Below, piece after piece: positions 1-13,300 of a stretch of DNA of 64,000 bases (the stretch's first letter is position 1; each line of letters opens with the position of its first letter). The stretch is from Mobula hypostoma (taxonomy: Eukaryota): positions 52,206,001-52,270,000 of the forward strand of contig NC_086097.1 of NCBI RefSeq assembly GCF_963921235.1, written 5' to 3'. The notes beneath the pieces were generated by a model. That model did not search any database and was not told the origin of the DNA. It saw only the letters and a program-made list of their open reading frames with translations. The position numbers were made by a program, and so were the translations under genes.

Positions 1-300
1 TTTGATAAAGAGCAGACCATGGGCACGGTAAAAAAAAAGTCTCAAAGTCCCAATGGACTCATCATCTCATGCAGGCGGCAGAAGGGAGAAACTCTCCCTG
101 CCATGCACCTCCAAGCGCCGCCAACTTGCCGATGCAGCACCATTGGAAGCACCCGACCGCAGCGGACTCTGAGTCCGTCCGAAAATGTCGAGCCTTCGAC
201 GCAACAAGCAAAGCCGAGGACAGGGCCTTCTCCTCCAGAGATTCTGGACCACACAGTGGCTGCAGCAGCAGCGAAGCAGGCATTTCAGAAGTTTCACCAG
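1..300 (-). mobile_element. Non-autonomous retroposon fragment, same family as 57731-58423 (runs off the window edge)
   Basis: Collinear similarity to ~57922-58290 (tttgataaagarcagaccatgggcacggtaaaaaaaa...gcatttcagaagttt), with an internal deletion relative to that copy. Confidence 0.8.
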
Positions 301-302
301 AT

Positions 303-2515
303 GAATCATTTCCCCCTCAACCCTATTCATTGGCCTTCTCCCCATAACCTTTCATGCCCTGACGTATCAAGAATCTATCAATATCTGCCCTAAGTACACC
401 GCTTACTTGGCCTCCACAGCCACTTAGGAATGAATTTCACCGATTCACCACCCTCTGGCTTAAGAAATTCCTTTTCATTTCCATTCTAAGTGGATATCCC
501 TCTATTCTGAGGTTGTACCCTTCGGTTCTAGACCTCCCCACTATAGGAAACATCCTTTCCACACATGCTGTATCTAGGCCATTGAAACATTCGATAGGTT
601 TCAATAAGATTCCCCTTCATTGTTTTAAATTACAGCGAGTAGAGGTCCAGAGCCATCAAGCGCTCTTCATAGGACAAGGCTTTCATTCCTGGAATTATTT
701 TAGTGAACCTCCTTTGAACCTTCTCCAATGTCAACACATCCTTTCTTGGATAAGTGGCCCAAAACTGCTCTCAGTACTCTAAGTAAGGCCTCACCAGTGA
801 CTTATAAAGCATTACATTCTTGTTTTTTATATTCTAGTCCTCTCCAAATGAATGCTAACATTGCTTTCACCTTTCTCATAACTGACTCAACCTGCAAGTT
901 AAACTTTAGGGAATCTTTCACGAGGTCCCCAAGTCCCTTTGTACCTTGGAGTTTTGAATTTTCTCCCCAGTTAGAAACTAGTCCATGCTTTTATTCCTTC
1001 TACCAAAGTGCATGACCGTACACTTCCTGACGTTATACTCCATCTGCCATTTCTTTGCCTCCTACTAATCAGCCAGTGCTCCATCCATGCTAGAATCTCT
1101 CCGGCACCTTGTCAAAGGCATTCTGAAAATCCAAGTACACAACATCCATCAATTCTCCTTTGTTTATCCTGCTTGTTATTTTCTCAAAGAATTCCAACAG
1201 ATTTGTCAGGTAAGATTTTCCTTTAAAGAAACCATGCTGACTTCAGCCTGTTTTGCCATCTGCCTCTAAGTACCCCGAATCCTCATCCGTAACAATTGAT
1301 TCTAACATCTTCGCAACCACTGAGGTCAGACTAACTACCTTATAATTTTATTTCTTTTGCCTCCCGCCCGTCTTGAAGAGTGGAGTGACATTTGCAATTT
1401 TCCATTCCTCTGGAACCATTCCGGAATCATGGTTCTTAAAAGATCATTATTAATACCTCCACAATCTCCTCAGCTACCTTTTTCAGAACCCTGGGATGTA
1501 GTCAATCTTGTCCAGGTGATTTGTATACCTTCAGACCTTTCAATTTCCCAAGTATCTTCAGAATAGCAACTACACTCACTTCTGTCCTCTGACGCTCTAG
1601 AGCTTACAACATTCTGCTGGTATTTTCCACAGTGAAAAATGATACAAAATACTTAATTCAGTCCAACTGCTATTTCCCTGTTCCCCTTTACTACCTCTCC
1701 AGCATCATTTTCCAGTGGTTGGATATCTACTCTGGGCTCTCTTTTACTCTTTATATATCTAAAAAAAATTTTGGTATCCTCTCTTTGATGATATTGGCTA
1801 GCTTACCTTCATATTTCATCTCTTCCTTTATAGGATTTTTTAATTGTCTTCTGTTGGTTTTTAAAAGCTTCCCAATCCTCCAGCTTCTCACTAAGTTTTG
1901 CTGTATTATATGCCCTCTGTTTGGCTTTTTTGACTTCTCTTGTCAGCCACTGTTGTGTTACGCTCCCTTTAGAATAATTCTTCTTTGGGATGTACCTATT
2001 CTATGTGTTCCGAATTTCTCCCAGAAACTCCAGCCATTGCTGCTCTGCCATTATCCCTGTTAGTGTCCCTTCCAATCAGCTTTGGCTAGCTCCTCTCTCA
2101 TGTCTTTGTAATTCCCTTTGCTCCACTGCAATACTGATACGTTTGACTTTTGCTTTTCCTTCTCAAATTACAGGGTGAGTTCTATCATATTATGATCACT
2201 GTCTCCTAGGGGCTCCTTTACCTTAAGTTCCCTAAACAAATCCGGTTCATTATACAACACCCAATCCAGAATAGCTGTTCCTTTAGTGGGCCCAATAGCA
2301 ATCTCATAGGCATTCTACACATTCTATCTCTTGGGAGCCAAAATCAATACCAACCTGATTTCCTACCTGCATATTGAGACCTCTCATGACTATCGTAACA
2401 TTGCCATTTTGACATGCATTTTCTATTTCCTGCTGAAATTTTTAGCCCACAGCCTGCCTACTGTTCAGAGGCCTGTATATAACTTCCATCACAGTCTTTT
2501 TAACCTTGCAATTTC
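303..2515 (-). mobile_element. Degenerate CR1 LINE (3' UTR, RT and endonuclease remnants)
   Basis: CR1 3' end motif (ggccttctccccataacc; caccaccctctggcttaagaaattcc) and fragmented ORF2 remnants resembling the better preserved CR1 copies in this window. Confidence 0.75.
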
Positions 2516-3138
2516 ATAACTCGATGGAGAACTGCTTGGTAATAGAAAGCTGGTACTGAAATGAGTTCCCACCAGTTGTTCCTGCAATATTTCAGCTGTT
2601 CGACTGCAGGAGGATGCTTTCTGATTGGGCTCCCTTGTTTGCTGTAGCTGAGAAGTAAGAGTTTCTGACTCCATTCTGGCTATTTGACTATAACTTTTTT
2701 CCAAATGAATTAAAGCAAATCATGGTGATGTGTTGACGCTTGGCACCAAACATCTGCATAGTCCACAACAATGCTAGCCTTGATTTAAATGCAATGTACC
2801 TACTGTAAATGGCATTTATCAGTTGCTTTAATTACTACACCTTACTACATTGTGGCCTCTGGAACACACCTGACTGACGTAGATCAGATATGATCTACCC
2901 AAAAATAAGCAGGTACTTTTTGAGTAAGTAATGATGATTTCAATCAAGTACCATTGAAATTGTCGGGGGGTTGCGGGGAGGGGTCAGAGGTCCCACCCAG
3001 CAGCAAGCCAACTGAATAAAGCCAGAAGTAGACCTTGTTCTGACGTCACCATAAAAATAAGAACATAGTTTCAATAATATTATAACAATGGTAGTCTTTC
3101 TGGCCCCATAAAGCTACTGTACATTTCAGCAAGATCAT

Positions 3139-4275
3139 TAGACAATAGGTGCAGGAGTAGGCCATTCGGCCTTTGAGCTAGCACCGCTATTCACTGTGAT
3201 CATGGCTGATCATCCACAATCAGTACCCCGTTCCTGCCTTCTCCCCATATCCCTTGACTCCACTATCATTAAGAGCTCTATCTAACTCTTTCTTGAAAGC
3301 ATCCAGAGACTTGGCCTCCACTGCCTTCTGAGGCAGAGCATTCCACAAATCCACAACTCTCTGGGTGAAAAAGTTTTTCCTCAACTCCGTTCTAAATGGC
3401 CTACCCCTTATTCTCAAATTGTGGCCTCTGGTTCTGGACTCCCCCAACATCAGAAACATGTTTCCTGCCTCTAGCGTGTCCAATCCCTTAATAACCTCAT
3501 ATGTTTCAATCAGATCCCCTCTCATCCTTCTAAATTCCAGTGTATACAAGCCCAGTCGCTCCAATCTTTCAACATATGACAGTCCCACCATCCCAGGAAT
3601 TAACCTTGTGAACCTCCACTATACTCCCTCAATAGCAAGAATGTCCTTCCTCAAATTTGGAGACCAAAACTGTACACAATACTCCAGGTGTGGTCTCACC
3701 AGGGCCCTGTACAACTGCTGAAGGACCTCTTTGCTCCTATACTCAACTCCCCTTGTTATAAAGGTCAACATACCATTAGCTTTCTTCACTGCCTGCTGTA
3801 CCTGCATGCTTACTTTCAGTGACTGATGAGCAAGGATACCTAGATCTCGTTGTACTTCCCCTTTTCCTAACTTGACATCATTCAGATAGTGATCTGCCTT
3901 TCTGTTCTTGCCACCAAAGTGGATAACCTCACATTTATCCACATTAAACTGCATCTGCCCACTCACCCAACCTGTCCAAGTCATCCTGCATTATCTCAAC
4001 ATCCTCCGCACATTTTGCACTGCCACCCAGCTTTGTGTCATCTGCAAATTTGCTAATGTTACTTTTAATCCCTTCATCTAAATCATTAATGTATATTGTA
4101 AATAGCTGTGGTCCCAGCACCGAGCCTTGCGGTACCCCACTAATCACTGCCTGCCATTCTGAAAGGGACCCGTTAATCCCCACTTTTTGTTTCCTGTCTG
4201 CCAAACAATTTTCTATCCATGTCAGTACGCTACCCCCAATACCATGTGCTCCAATTTTGCCCACTAATCTCCTAT
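3139..4275 (-). mobile_element. 5'-truncated CR1 LINE (RT C-terminal half and 3' tail)
   Basis: ORFs 3944-4264, 3619-3984 and 3220-3591 give [32 protein letters not shown] and RRMRGDLIE; ATCAT flanks at 3134-3138 and 4276-4280 (putative TSD). Confidence 0.92.
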
Positions 4276-4671
4276 ATCATGACTAACTCATGGCTGATTT
4301 TTCACCTCAGAATGATTTTCTTGCCATCTGCTTGTAACCCTTGATTTCCTTAATATCCAGAAAGCTGTCCTCTGTTTTAAATGTATTCAGTGACTCAGTT
4401 TCCACAGCCTTCCAGGCCAGAGAATTCCAAGGATTCACCTCTCTTTGAAAGAAGAATTTCCTCCTGTTTCAATACTAAATTACCTACTAATTTTGAGATG
4501 GACCTTTGGTCTTAAACCTCCCGCATTGATGCTGTTGAGCCCGCTGAGAGTTTTGTATGTTTCAGTGAATTTGCCCCTCATTCCTCTAACTGCTACAGAA
4601 TGGAGGCTGCACCTCGTACCATGGAGTTCCAGGAACCAGCCTGATGTATCTTTGCTGCACTCCCTCTAAAG

Positions 4672-4736
4672 CAGGGTTCCCAACATTTTTATACCATTAA
4701 GGAAGGGGTCTGTGGACCCCAGGTTGGGAACAACTG
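4672..4736. mobile_element. Tiny hAT-type MITE
   Basis: TIRs cagggttcccaac / gttgggaacaactg; 8-bp TSD ctctaaag (4664-4671) / gtctaaag (4737-4744); related copy at 21293-21371. Confidence 0.75.
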
Positions 4737-4810
4737 GTCTAAAGGAATTATAGGTAAAGTGACAGTGATTATACACAATACTCCAGATATGGTCACAACA
4801 ATGCTCTCTA

Positions 4811-5830
4811 TTCAATTCAATTCAAGTTCAATTGTCATTTAACCATAGAGGAATAGGGCCAAACGAGACAGTGTTATTACAGGGTCAAGGTACAAAGACA
4901 CATTACCAACAGTCACACACAGACCATAATCGCATAATAAGAGTCCCGAATCCCTCCCCACCACCCCCCACCACCCCGTGATGCTGCAGTTTGATGCATA
5001 CAAGTCAACAAACCTACGTGGAATATCAGTAAAAATACAATGACACAGAATAGCATGTATACAATATATACAGTCCAGACCCCCTCCCCAGCCCACCGAT
5101 ATCAACTGTCGACTGGTCCCCGATGCCCACTAGGCGACACCATGGCTTTGAGGCCTAGTTCTCGCATATACTAGCACATAAAGAATATTAGTGAAAAAAC
5201 AAACAGGCAGATCCAGACTCCTCAGTCCATTTCAAATCATTTCAAAGACCCAACTGCTTGAGGCCCAAGTTCACTGAGTGGCTCTAAAAAGATCTGCAGT
5301 TTGCCACCACAGAGCTTGTCTTCTGCTGAGTGAAGCTCTGGGAGGGCAGCTCCGACTCTGTTCTGAACACCGTGCCACACAGCCCCCGGTGACGCACAAC
5401 AGCTTTGTCCCCTCACTCCGAGTGGCTGCAAACAGGCGACACTGTGGCTTCAGGCCTAATCCTCACTATGACCTAAAACTAGACCCAATGCATCAGCCCC
5501 TGCTGGCTTATAATCAATCAGTGAGTCCAACTTGCAGCATAACAGATTAACAATGTCTAAAGGGATCTTACAATCACAAGAAAAGCGACCAAGACGGCCA
5601 CTGGCTGTTTGATTGAAAGCCTCCATCGACTCAGGTAGCAGCACATTACACAGCTCCTTCACTTTCTGCACCAGGGAGCGACTTGCTGATGGAGTGGACC
5701 TGCAGTACCTTAAGTTCTTAAGGGATAGCAGGATTTTGCAATTATTAGACATGTGTTTAAGTATAAAGGTAGCACCTTTTGTAGACCCCGAAGAAGCTGC
5801 TGCAACCAGTCACCCTGCCATTTTGCTGGA
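4811..5830 (-). mobile_element. ~1 kb non-autonomous retroposon with (TTGAA)n tail
   Basis: ttcaattcaattcaagttcaattgtcat tail at the left end; aaaatggc (YY1-like) motif near the inferred 5' end at 5817-5824; no recognisable protein. Confidence 0.5.
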
Positions 5831-7280
5831 TTGGAGGCCAATGTTTCTCAGGCAGCTGTGTTCCTTAATGCACCAGAGGTCTGGACTACATACAGCTGGC
5901 AGCTCAAGACAGTAGAGGAAAAATAAAATGCTACTAAGGGAGTCTCTGCAAAATTTTGCAAATTCATCAATGTCCTCTTCCAGGCCAACATATCTATTAC
6001 TGAAGGCCTATCTACACTAGGTCTATATTGGAAAAGCCACCAAAGACCAAACTCCCGAAACAGACGGTATTTTGAGTTCCATCACAGGATAAGACCAGGC
6101 AAGCAGAGGAAAAGACTTGAGGATGTACTCGAGGCTTTCTTGAAGTACAACATTCCCTCTGATGCCTGAGTATCTCTGGCCCATGGCCCCTCATAGTGAA
6201 CAAGTATATACCCAAGGCCATGATTTAGCACCACACAGAAGCCCCATATAAGCAACAGAAGTGGGTCAACTTACAAACTATCCTCCTGCCTGGCCTCTCA
6301 GTCACCTCCTGCTCTATCTGTGGAAGACTGTGGTATTCACATTGGTTTCTCATGTGACGAGAATACACATAAAATTAAGATGTTTGCTGGCCTGGGTTAG
6401 CATCAGTGACATCAGCAAGTGGTCTGCCACCTGCCCTCAGGGGAAGGAGAGATAAGGAACAATGGAGCAGCGTCTGGAGATGTGTAATGAAGGAACGGGG
6501 GAGAGAGAGCTGTCTGGAGCGGCTCCCCCCTTTGAACCTTGAACTGTTTGAAGTGATGGACAGGCGATACCCCAGCAGGGGGATAAAAAGGGACAGGTTC
6601 GCTAAAGCGACACACGCCACCCGAGGTAACGAGACCCTGGAAGCGGTACGCTTCTCACGAGTCGGTGGGAAGTATCAGACAACGGCCAGGGTGGAAAGGT
6701 ACGATCAGCGGGAACCCGGTGTGTGTCCGCCCTTGCCTGGGTGCCGGGTTCACTGCAGAGGATCGACTGCATCTGGAGGAGGGGTCACAGTCGGTGACCT
6801 CAGGTGACATCACCAAGGACCCACCCAAAAGCTGCTTGTGAGCCATATCGCCGGTCTGTGAGTGAAGCCGTGTCTGAATGATCAGTTGTTCCTGTTCCCT
6901 CTCTCTCTCCCCGCCCCACCACGTTGTCCATCGCCATGGCAACGATTACTGCGAACTGAACTACTAAACTGGACTGAACTTTGAGTCACTTTGAAATTTG
7001 GTCATTTACCCCTAGACAACGATAGAGCTTGATTGATGCTGTTATCTTAATTCTGTGCACATGTGTGTTTATCATCGCTGAACTGTTGCATTTATTATCC
7101 TTTCGATTACTGTGTTGCTTGTTTCTTTAATAAAACTTTCTTAGTTCTAGTACTCCAGACTCCAACTGAGTGATCCATTTCTGTTGGTTTGGCAACCCAG
7201 TTACGGGGTACGTAACACTCAGAACTCATAATCCTGGAACAAATCATCCTTGGCTGTTGCCTATGAAGAAGAATAAGATA
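5830..7280 (+). mobile_element. Degenerate RTE-clade LINE 3' fragment, interrupted by a solo LTR
   Basis: ~6050-6190 decodes with frameshifts to the RTE C-terminal pattern LPKQ...GKQRKRLEDVLEAFLKYNIPSDA*VSLA; gaagaagaataaga tail at ~7265-7278. Confidence 0.6.
6353..7217 (+). mobile_element. Solo LTR (865 bp, gypsy or ERV type)
   Basis: Termini TGTGACG...CGTAACA; perfect 4-bp TSD CTCA (6349-6352 and 7218-7221); TATA-like gataaaaag ~6582; AATAAA 7129-7134; visibly CpG-rich. Confidence 0.9.
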
Positions 7281-7529
7281 TTCAAGTGAGATGTCTTTAC
7301 TCTTGTATTCAAATCCTCCAGCAATAAAGGCTAACATATTAGTAGCCTTCCTAACTGCCTCCTGCACCTGGATGTTAGCTTTCAGAAGCTTGTGCATACC
7401 CAAGTGCCTTTGAAGTCCTTTCTGCCGAAGCAGATAACCTCACATTTTCCACATTGTGTTTCTGACAAGATGTTGTCCACTCACTCTTGAGGTGTCACAT
7501 CCTCTTCACTGCTTTTATTTCCACGTGCC

Positions 7530-9308
7530 TTGTGTTACTGGGATCCTGTTAGCCAGGTTACTGATATGGACTGTGAAGAGTATAAAGTTAAATCAAACAA
7601 CATGGCTTCATTTCCAGATGAGTTCATTGACTTCTTTGTTCACTTTGACCCTTAATACATGGAGGAACCGTCACAAACTCCCACAGCCGCGAAAATCCTG
7701 TGATTTGTCTGAGACTGATGTGTGAGCAACCTTCATTAGGGTGAACTTAGAAAAAGCATCTCCCCCAGACGAGGTACCTGGCCAAGTACTAAAAAGCTGT
7801 GCTGATCATCTGGAGTGTTCACTGAGATCTTTAACCACTTGTTTTGTCCCACCTGCTTCAAGCAAGCTTCAATTATGCAGGTGCCTAAAAAGAATGTGGT
7901 AACCTGCCTTAATGACTATTATCCAGAAGTACTTACATCCACCATGAAGTGTTTTGAGCGTTTGGTAAAGAAACACATCAACTCCTGCCTGAGAACCGAC
8001 ATAGATTCTCTCCAATTTGCCTAGCAGAGCAACAGGTCCACAACAGATGCCGTCTCACTGGCTCTTCACTCAACTGTGAAACATCTGGATAGCAAAGATG
8101 CATACATCAGGATGCTCTTTACCGACTACAGCTCAGCATTCAATACCATCATCCCCTCAAAACTTATCAATAAACTCCAAGACCTTGGCCTCAGTACTTT
8201 CCTTGTGCAATTGGATCCATAGATTTCTCACTTGCAGAGTCAGCAGCATCTCCTCCATGATCTCTATTAGCACAGGTGCACCACAAGGCTGTGTGCTTTG
8301 CCCCCAGCTCTACTCGCTTTACACTTATAGCTCGGCACCAATGCCAAATTCAAGTTTGCTGATGACAGCACTGTCGTTGGCTGAATCAAAGGTGGTGATG
8401 AATTCGCATACAGGAGGGAGATTGAAAATCTGGCTGGGTGGTGCCACGACAACAACTTCTTGTTCATTGTCAGCATGACCAAGGAGCTGATAATTGCCTT
8501 CAAGAGATGGAAACCAGAGGTCCATGAGTCGATCTTTGTCGGAGACAGGATCAGCAACTTAAATTCCTCGGTGTTATATTTTGGACGACCTGTCCTGGGC
8601 CTAGTACATAAATGCAATTATGAAGAAAGCACGGCAGCACCTCTGTTTGGGAGTTTGCAGAGAATCAGCATGACATCTAAAACTTTGACAAACTTCTATA
8701 GATGTGTACTGTATTGGAGAGTATATTGACTGGCTGCATCACAGCCTAGTATGGAAACTCAAATGCCTTTGAACGGAAAACCCTACAGAAAGTAGTGGAT
8801 ACAGCCCAGTCCATCATGGGTAAAGCACTCCCCACCATTGAGCACATCTACGCAAAACATTGTTGTAGAAAAGCAGCATCTATCCATCATCAGGGACCCC
8901 ACCACCCAGGGCATGCTCTCTTCTCACTGCTGCCATCAGGAAGAAGGTACAGGAGTCTCAGGACTTGCACCACCGGATCCAGGAACAGTTATTACCCCTC
9001 AGCCATCGGGCTCTTCAACCAAAGGGGATAACTTCACTCAACTAATGGTCTCACTTTCAAGGACTCCTCACTTCATGTTCTTGATAATTATTGCATATTT
9101 GTTTATTAATGTTATTTCTTTTTGTATATGTAGTTTGTTGTTTTTCACACGCTGGTTGAATGTCCAAGTTGCTGCGGTCTTTCATTCATTCTGTTGTGGT
9201 TATTATTCTATTATTTATTGAATATGCCTGCAAGAAAATGGTTCTCAAGGTTGTATATGGTGGTATATGTATACTTTGATATAAGTTTACTTTGAACTTT
9301 GAACTTTT
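7530..9308 (+). mobile_element. Rex1/Babar-clade LINE, 5'-truncated and frameshifted
   Basis: ORFs 7815-8024 (MKCFERLV...DSLQFA), 8098-8478 (STGAPQGCVL), 8795-9031 (LLPSGRRYRS); (tttgaac)n tail ending ~9308. Confidence 0.85.
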
Positions 9309-9989
9309 AAACTTGTTCACCAACCTTTAATGTTGGCCTTTATGGAAGGCCTTTGAAAGTCCAAATAAATTACTGGCATTGGTTTTCCCTGCTCTGTGAG
9401 AAATATCCTGTGTACTCCACTTTTATAATGATCTGAGGTTCGAGGTAGGCAAAGACTATACACAGATTCTATAAGCAGCTTCTGTTTGCAAACAAAACCC
9501 TAAACCCTCAATAAGCAGCACCCTCCATTCATGCAGTAGTTACAGACCAGGAAGGGTAACATAAAGAAAAACCTAAAGCTAAGGCATACATGTTTTGTAA
9601 AGCCATACGAGGGGGTTCATACTATTTGACTTGAAACCCCTGGTGTAATCCAAAATCCAAACTTAAGTAAATTGATCTGCACTGACATCATCTTCCTTTC
9701 TCAATTAATCTGACCAGACATCTTGTGCTTGATTGTGTGAATATAACGTTACTGCTTGAGGTGAGCAAGTCTTGACGTCAACCTGAAAGAATCTATTTAT
9801 AACATCTGAGTATTTATTGACTTTTGTTGAGTGGAATCGAATGTTAAATGCATCATTTGAAATCTGACCGGATACACTAATCAGGAGTTTCCTGTCACTT
9901 TTTTTTTGCAGCATTTTAGTTTTTTGTGGAGAATGAATTAATAGAAACTTTTGAGTGTCAAGGTTATTTCAGATTTGGAAGTCTTTTGA

Positions 9990-10316
<327 letters not shown>

Positions 10317-13300
10317 GCATTAAGATTTAACTATGCATTGGTGAAATGTACGGTATGCCTGGCTGCCTACTGCATTCACAATGACCTTTCAAAGCCATTA
10401 CCTGACACTTCTATCAAGCAGCAAATCTTTCTTTTTATTTCAGCTTGCTAATAAACAGTTTATACTCCGCAGTTCTTCCATGGTTCTGGACAAAAGCAGC
10501 TGACAAAGTAATGGATGTCAAGAAACCAAAGAAAAATGTTCATTAGGAATCTAAGATGTATATTTTTGCAAGTCTGAGAAAGAACTTTCGGGTAAAGCAA
10601 GCCTACGGGAATTCTTTGCACACTTACTTTTCTGTGGAGAATCAAATCCATCGTGTTCAGTATTACACAGACAGATCTTTCTACAGATTTTTTTAACCGA
10701 GCAGAATAGTTTAAATGTTACAATTTAGTGGAACCTTAGTGTTCTTACCATGTGTGTTAGAGGCTTCATTTTATGTTGTTGATCAACTTCAAAGTGTCCC
10801 ATTGAATGCATAGACATGACCTTGGTACTGTGAACCTTACTGTGTTGTGATCCTGTACCTTTGCTCATTTGTCAGTTGTGTATGTATGAGTGACAATCAG
10901 AATTGTCTGTCCACTGACTCCCACCACTGTCAATAATACAAGATGTATAATAGAAAATTGCAGATGCTGTGGGAATTTATTTGACTTGGGATTGGTGGCG
11001 GGTTGAATTTCACTCCAATTAGTTGGTTAATTCCAGTTAATGGAAAGATAACCTGTGTAATCATGGTGGCAGGTGACCAGAGACAGCGAATTTTTGAAAC
11101 GGAGAGGATTTGTGTATTAACAAAAGTAAAGCTGCTGGAAAGCGTGGATAAGCCTCACTAAGTATCAGTGTGCCAAGGAACTGATTCATATATCAAAGAG
11201 TTTTGAATGCAAAAGGGTTGAATCAAGTATATGTTATTTTTGTTTTAATATAGTTATGCAATAAACTTCGGGATTGATTTGTCCTTGGTCATATACACTA
11301 AATGCTTGATAATGTATTTCCAAAATGCAGTTCCATTGATTTCAGCTGCAGTTATATTGTCCATTTAGCACATGGAATTCTCACCCAAATTACTGCTCCA
11401 CTATATTTTTCAAAGCTATTGTATCTAATCTAATGTAAATTATTAGCCACAGTTTAGATCACTGTACCTAGGTACAATGGTTCTTGTATGATATAAAATA
11501 TTATGTCAGACAAGTGCTCATTCCAAGCACTAGCATCAAGAATACCAATATTAAAAAAAGTCTCGTGTAAATGAAAAGATTCACAGAAATGACAGAAGAT
11601 AGCTAAAGTTTGAACAGATTTTGGTACCTATCAAATTTAAGTTGTACTACAGGTGTAATAATTGATAAGGAAATTAATGGAATATGTCATAGGAAATCTT
11701 TTGTTTATTAAGATGAACTGGTGTTTACATTGAGGCAGAAAAACTATTAGAATGAATTTGCTTTGTAAAGTGAAGTAACGTGATTATCAAATAGCTAATT
11801 TTCAATCTCATCAGTGTTTTGCAATACACTAATGGTTACCATATTAACATTTAGCTGTGTTTTTGCAACTGGAATAGTTTCTTAAAATATTTTTTGATAT
11901 AAAACTTGTTTATTGGTATTTTTATATAATGGATATTTTTACATGAAATTATATTAATCAAGTAGCTGTTAAGGTCAGTGCAATTTTTAGCAGTATTATG
12001 ACAATCGTTAGCAGGTGTGGAAGCAGTATTATAAACTAATGAGGTTAATATTTGTAGTTCAGACTTGTGTCTGTGTCAGTGAATGAACTGGCCATGTGGA
12101 AATTCTGGATTACTCTTTCCCTTCTCATAAGTGTGCTTTTGGTTTCAGCAGAGATGGAAAGGAATGATATTACTTCAAGAAAGATTGGTGACATATTTTT
12201 GAACAAAGATGAACTCATTTATTCTATTTTCAGTAATATACATTAAGCAAACCAATCACCAAGTCATGCTGGACTCAGTGACTAGATAGACGAACTTGAG
12301 GTTTTCATCAGTCTTTTGGATTTTTCTGTCCTTTGTAACTTTTTTTAAAAAATTCCTTATGCTGTCACTGAATGAATGATCAAATAATATTAAGTTGTAT
12401 TCATGAAAAGTTATCATTGGATATCATGTTTAAACATATCTTAAGGCTCCAAGAATGTATCAGAAACAGGATGTTCTGTGCTGGTCAGAATAGTATCTAT
12501 TCGGTGGATTGTTGCAGTTCCATCAGTAGAAGAAGATTGATGATATCAAGAACAAGAGGCTTAATTGAATAATGTCCATTTTGAGCATTAACTTCCTACT
12601 TGTCAGCACACCATTGCTATAGCGTATCTATTGGATGAAATGTTTTCCATCGAGGCTTCTTCAACTGCATCTTCCATTGTCATCACCTTCCATGTTCATG
12701 TTTAATTGGGAAACATTGCTAATTCTTCATTTTCCTGTGGTCAAAAATCCTGGAACTCCTGACTGAACAGCATTGTGGAACTCTCTACAACACAAACTGC
12801 AGCATTTTAAGTAAACAACTCAATATATTTTCAAGGACAGTTGTGAATGGTCAATAGACATTGGTCTGTCTTGTATTCCATGGAAAATTAAATTATTTCC
12901 TATGGTTTAGATCACATTTTGAAAATGGTCTTCATGCTTAAACTTTACAAAAACTTTAAAATTTCTCGTAATTTTTGATTCATATTTTAAATCTTGATAA
13001 ATCTTAAAGTCTGCATGTGAACAATGTCCTCATTAGAAAAGCAGTGATTTATCCACAAAGTTAAGATGAGGTTACTGAATTATTAGGATTTCATATTTCT
13101 CAAAAATTGTGAGGTATTTTAATGAAATAATACCAAATGATAATTAGTACTATCCTAAACTAGAACCCAAGTCTTCACAGTACAAGACATTGTTTCATAA
13201 CTACTAGTAATGACAGGGAAGTTTGGCTTCAATTAGAAACATTTGGGCTGCAGGACAATGTTAAAATTCTCTCCAGTAGATCTCAGCAATCAGTATTGCT

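Larger units (their letters stand above)
3057..7500 (-). mobile_element. Old CR1 3' fragment split by several later insertions (pieces ~3057-3138, 4281-4671, 4737-4810, ~7280-7500)
   Basis: CR1 sequence (cacaatactccagatatggtcac...aatgctctc) stops at ~4810 and resumes at ~7280 (ctcttgtattcaaatcctccagcaataaaggctaac; VQEAVRKATNMLAFIAGGFEYKS in ORF 7107-7403). Confidence 0.65.

Noticed and set aside
2575..2662. AG...GTAAGA-bounded segment as a possible upstream FRMD6 exon
   Set aside because: No frame resembles the expected penultimate exon (SSTSSSSETVVK-like), which is probably upstream of the window.
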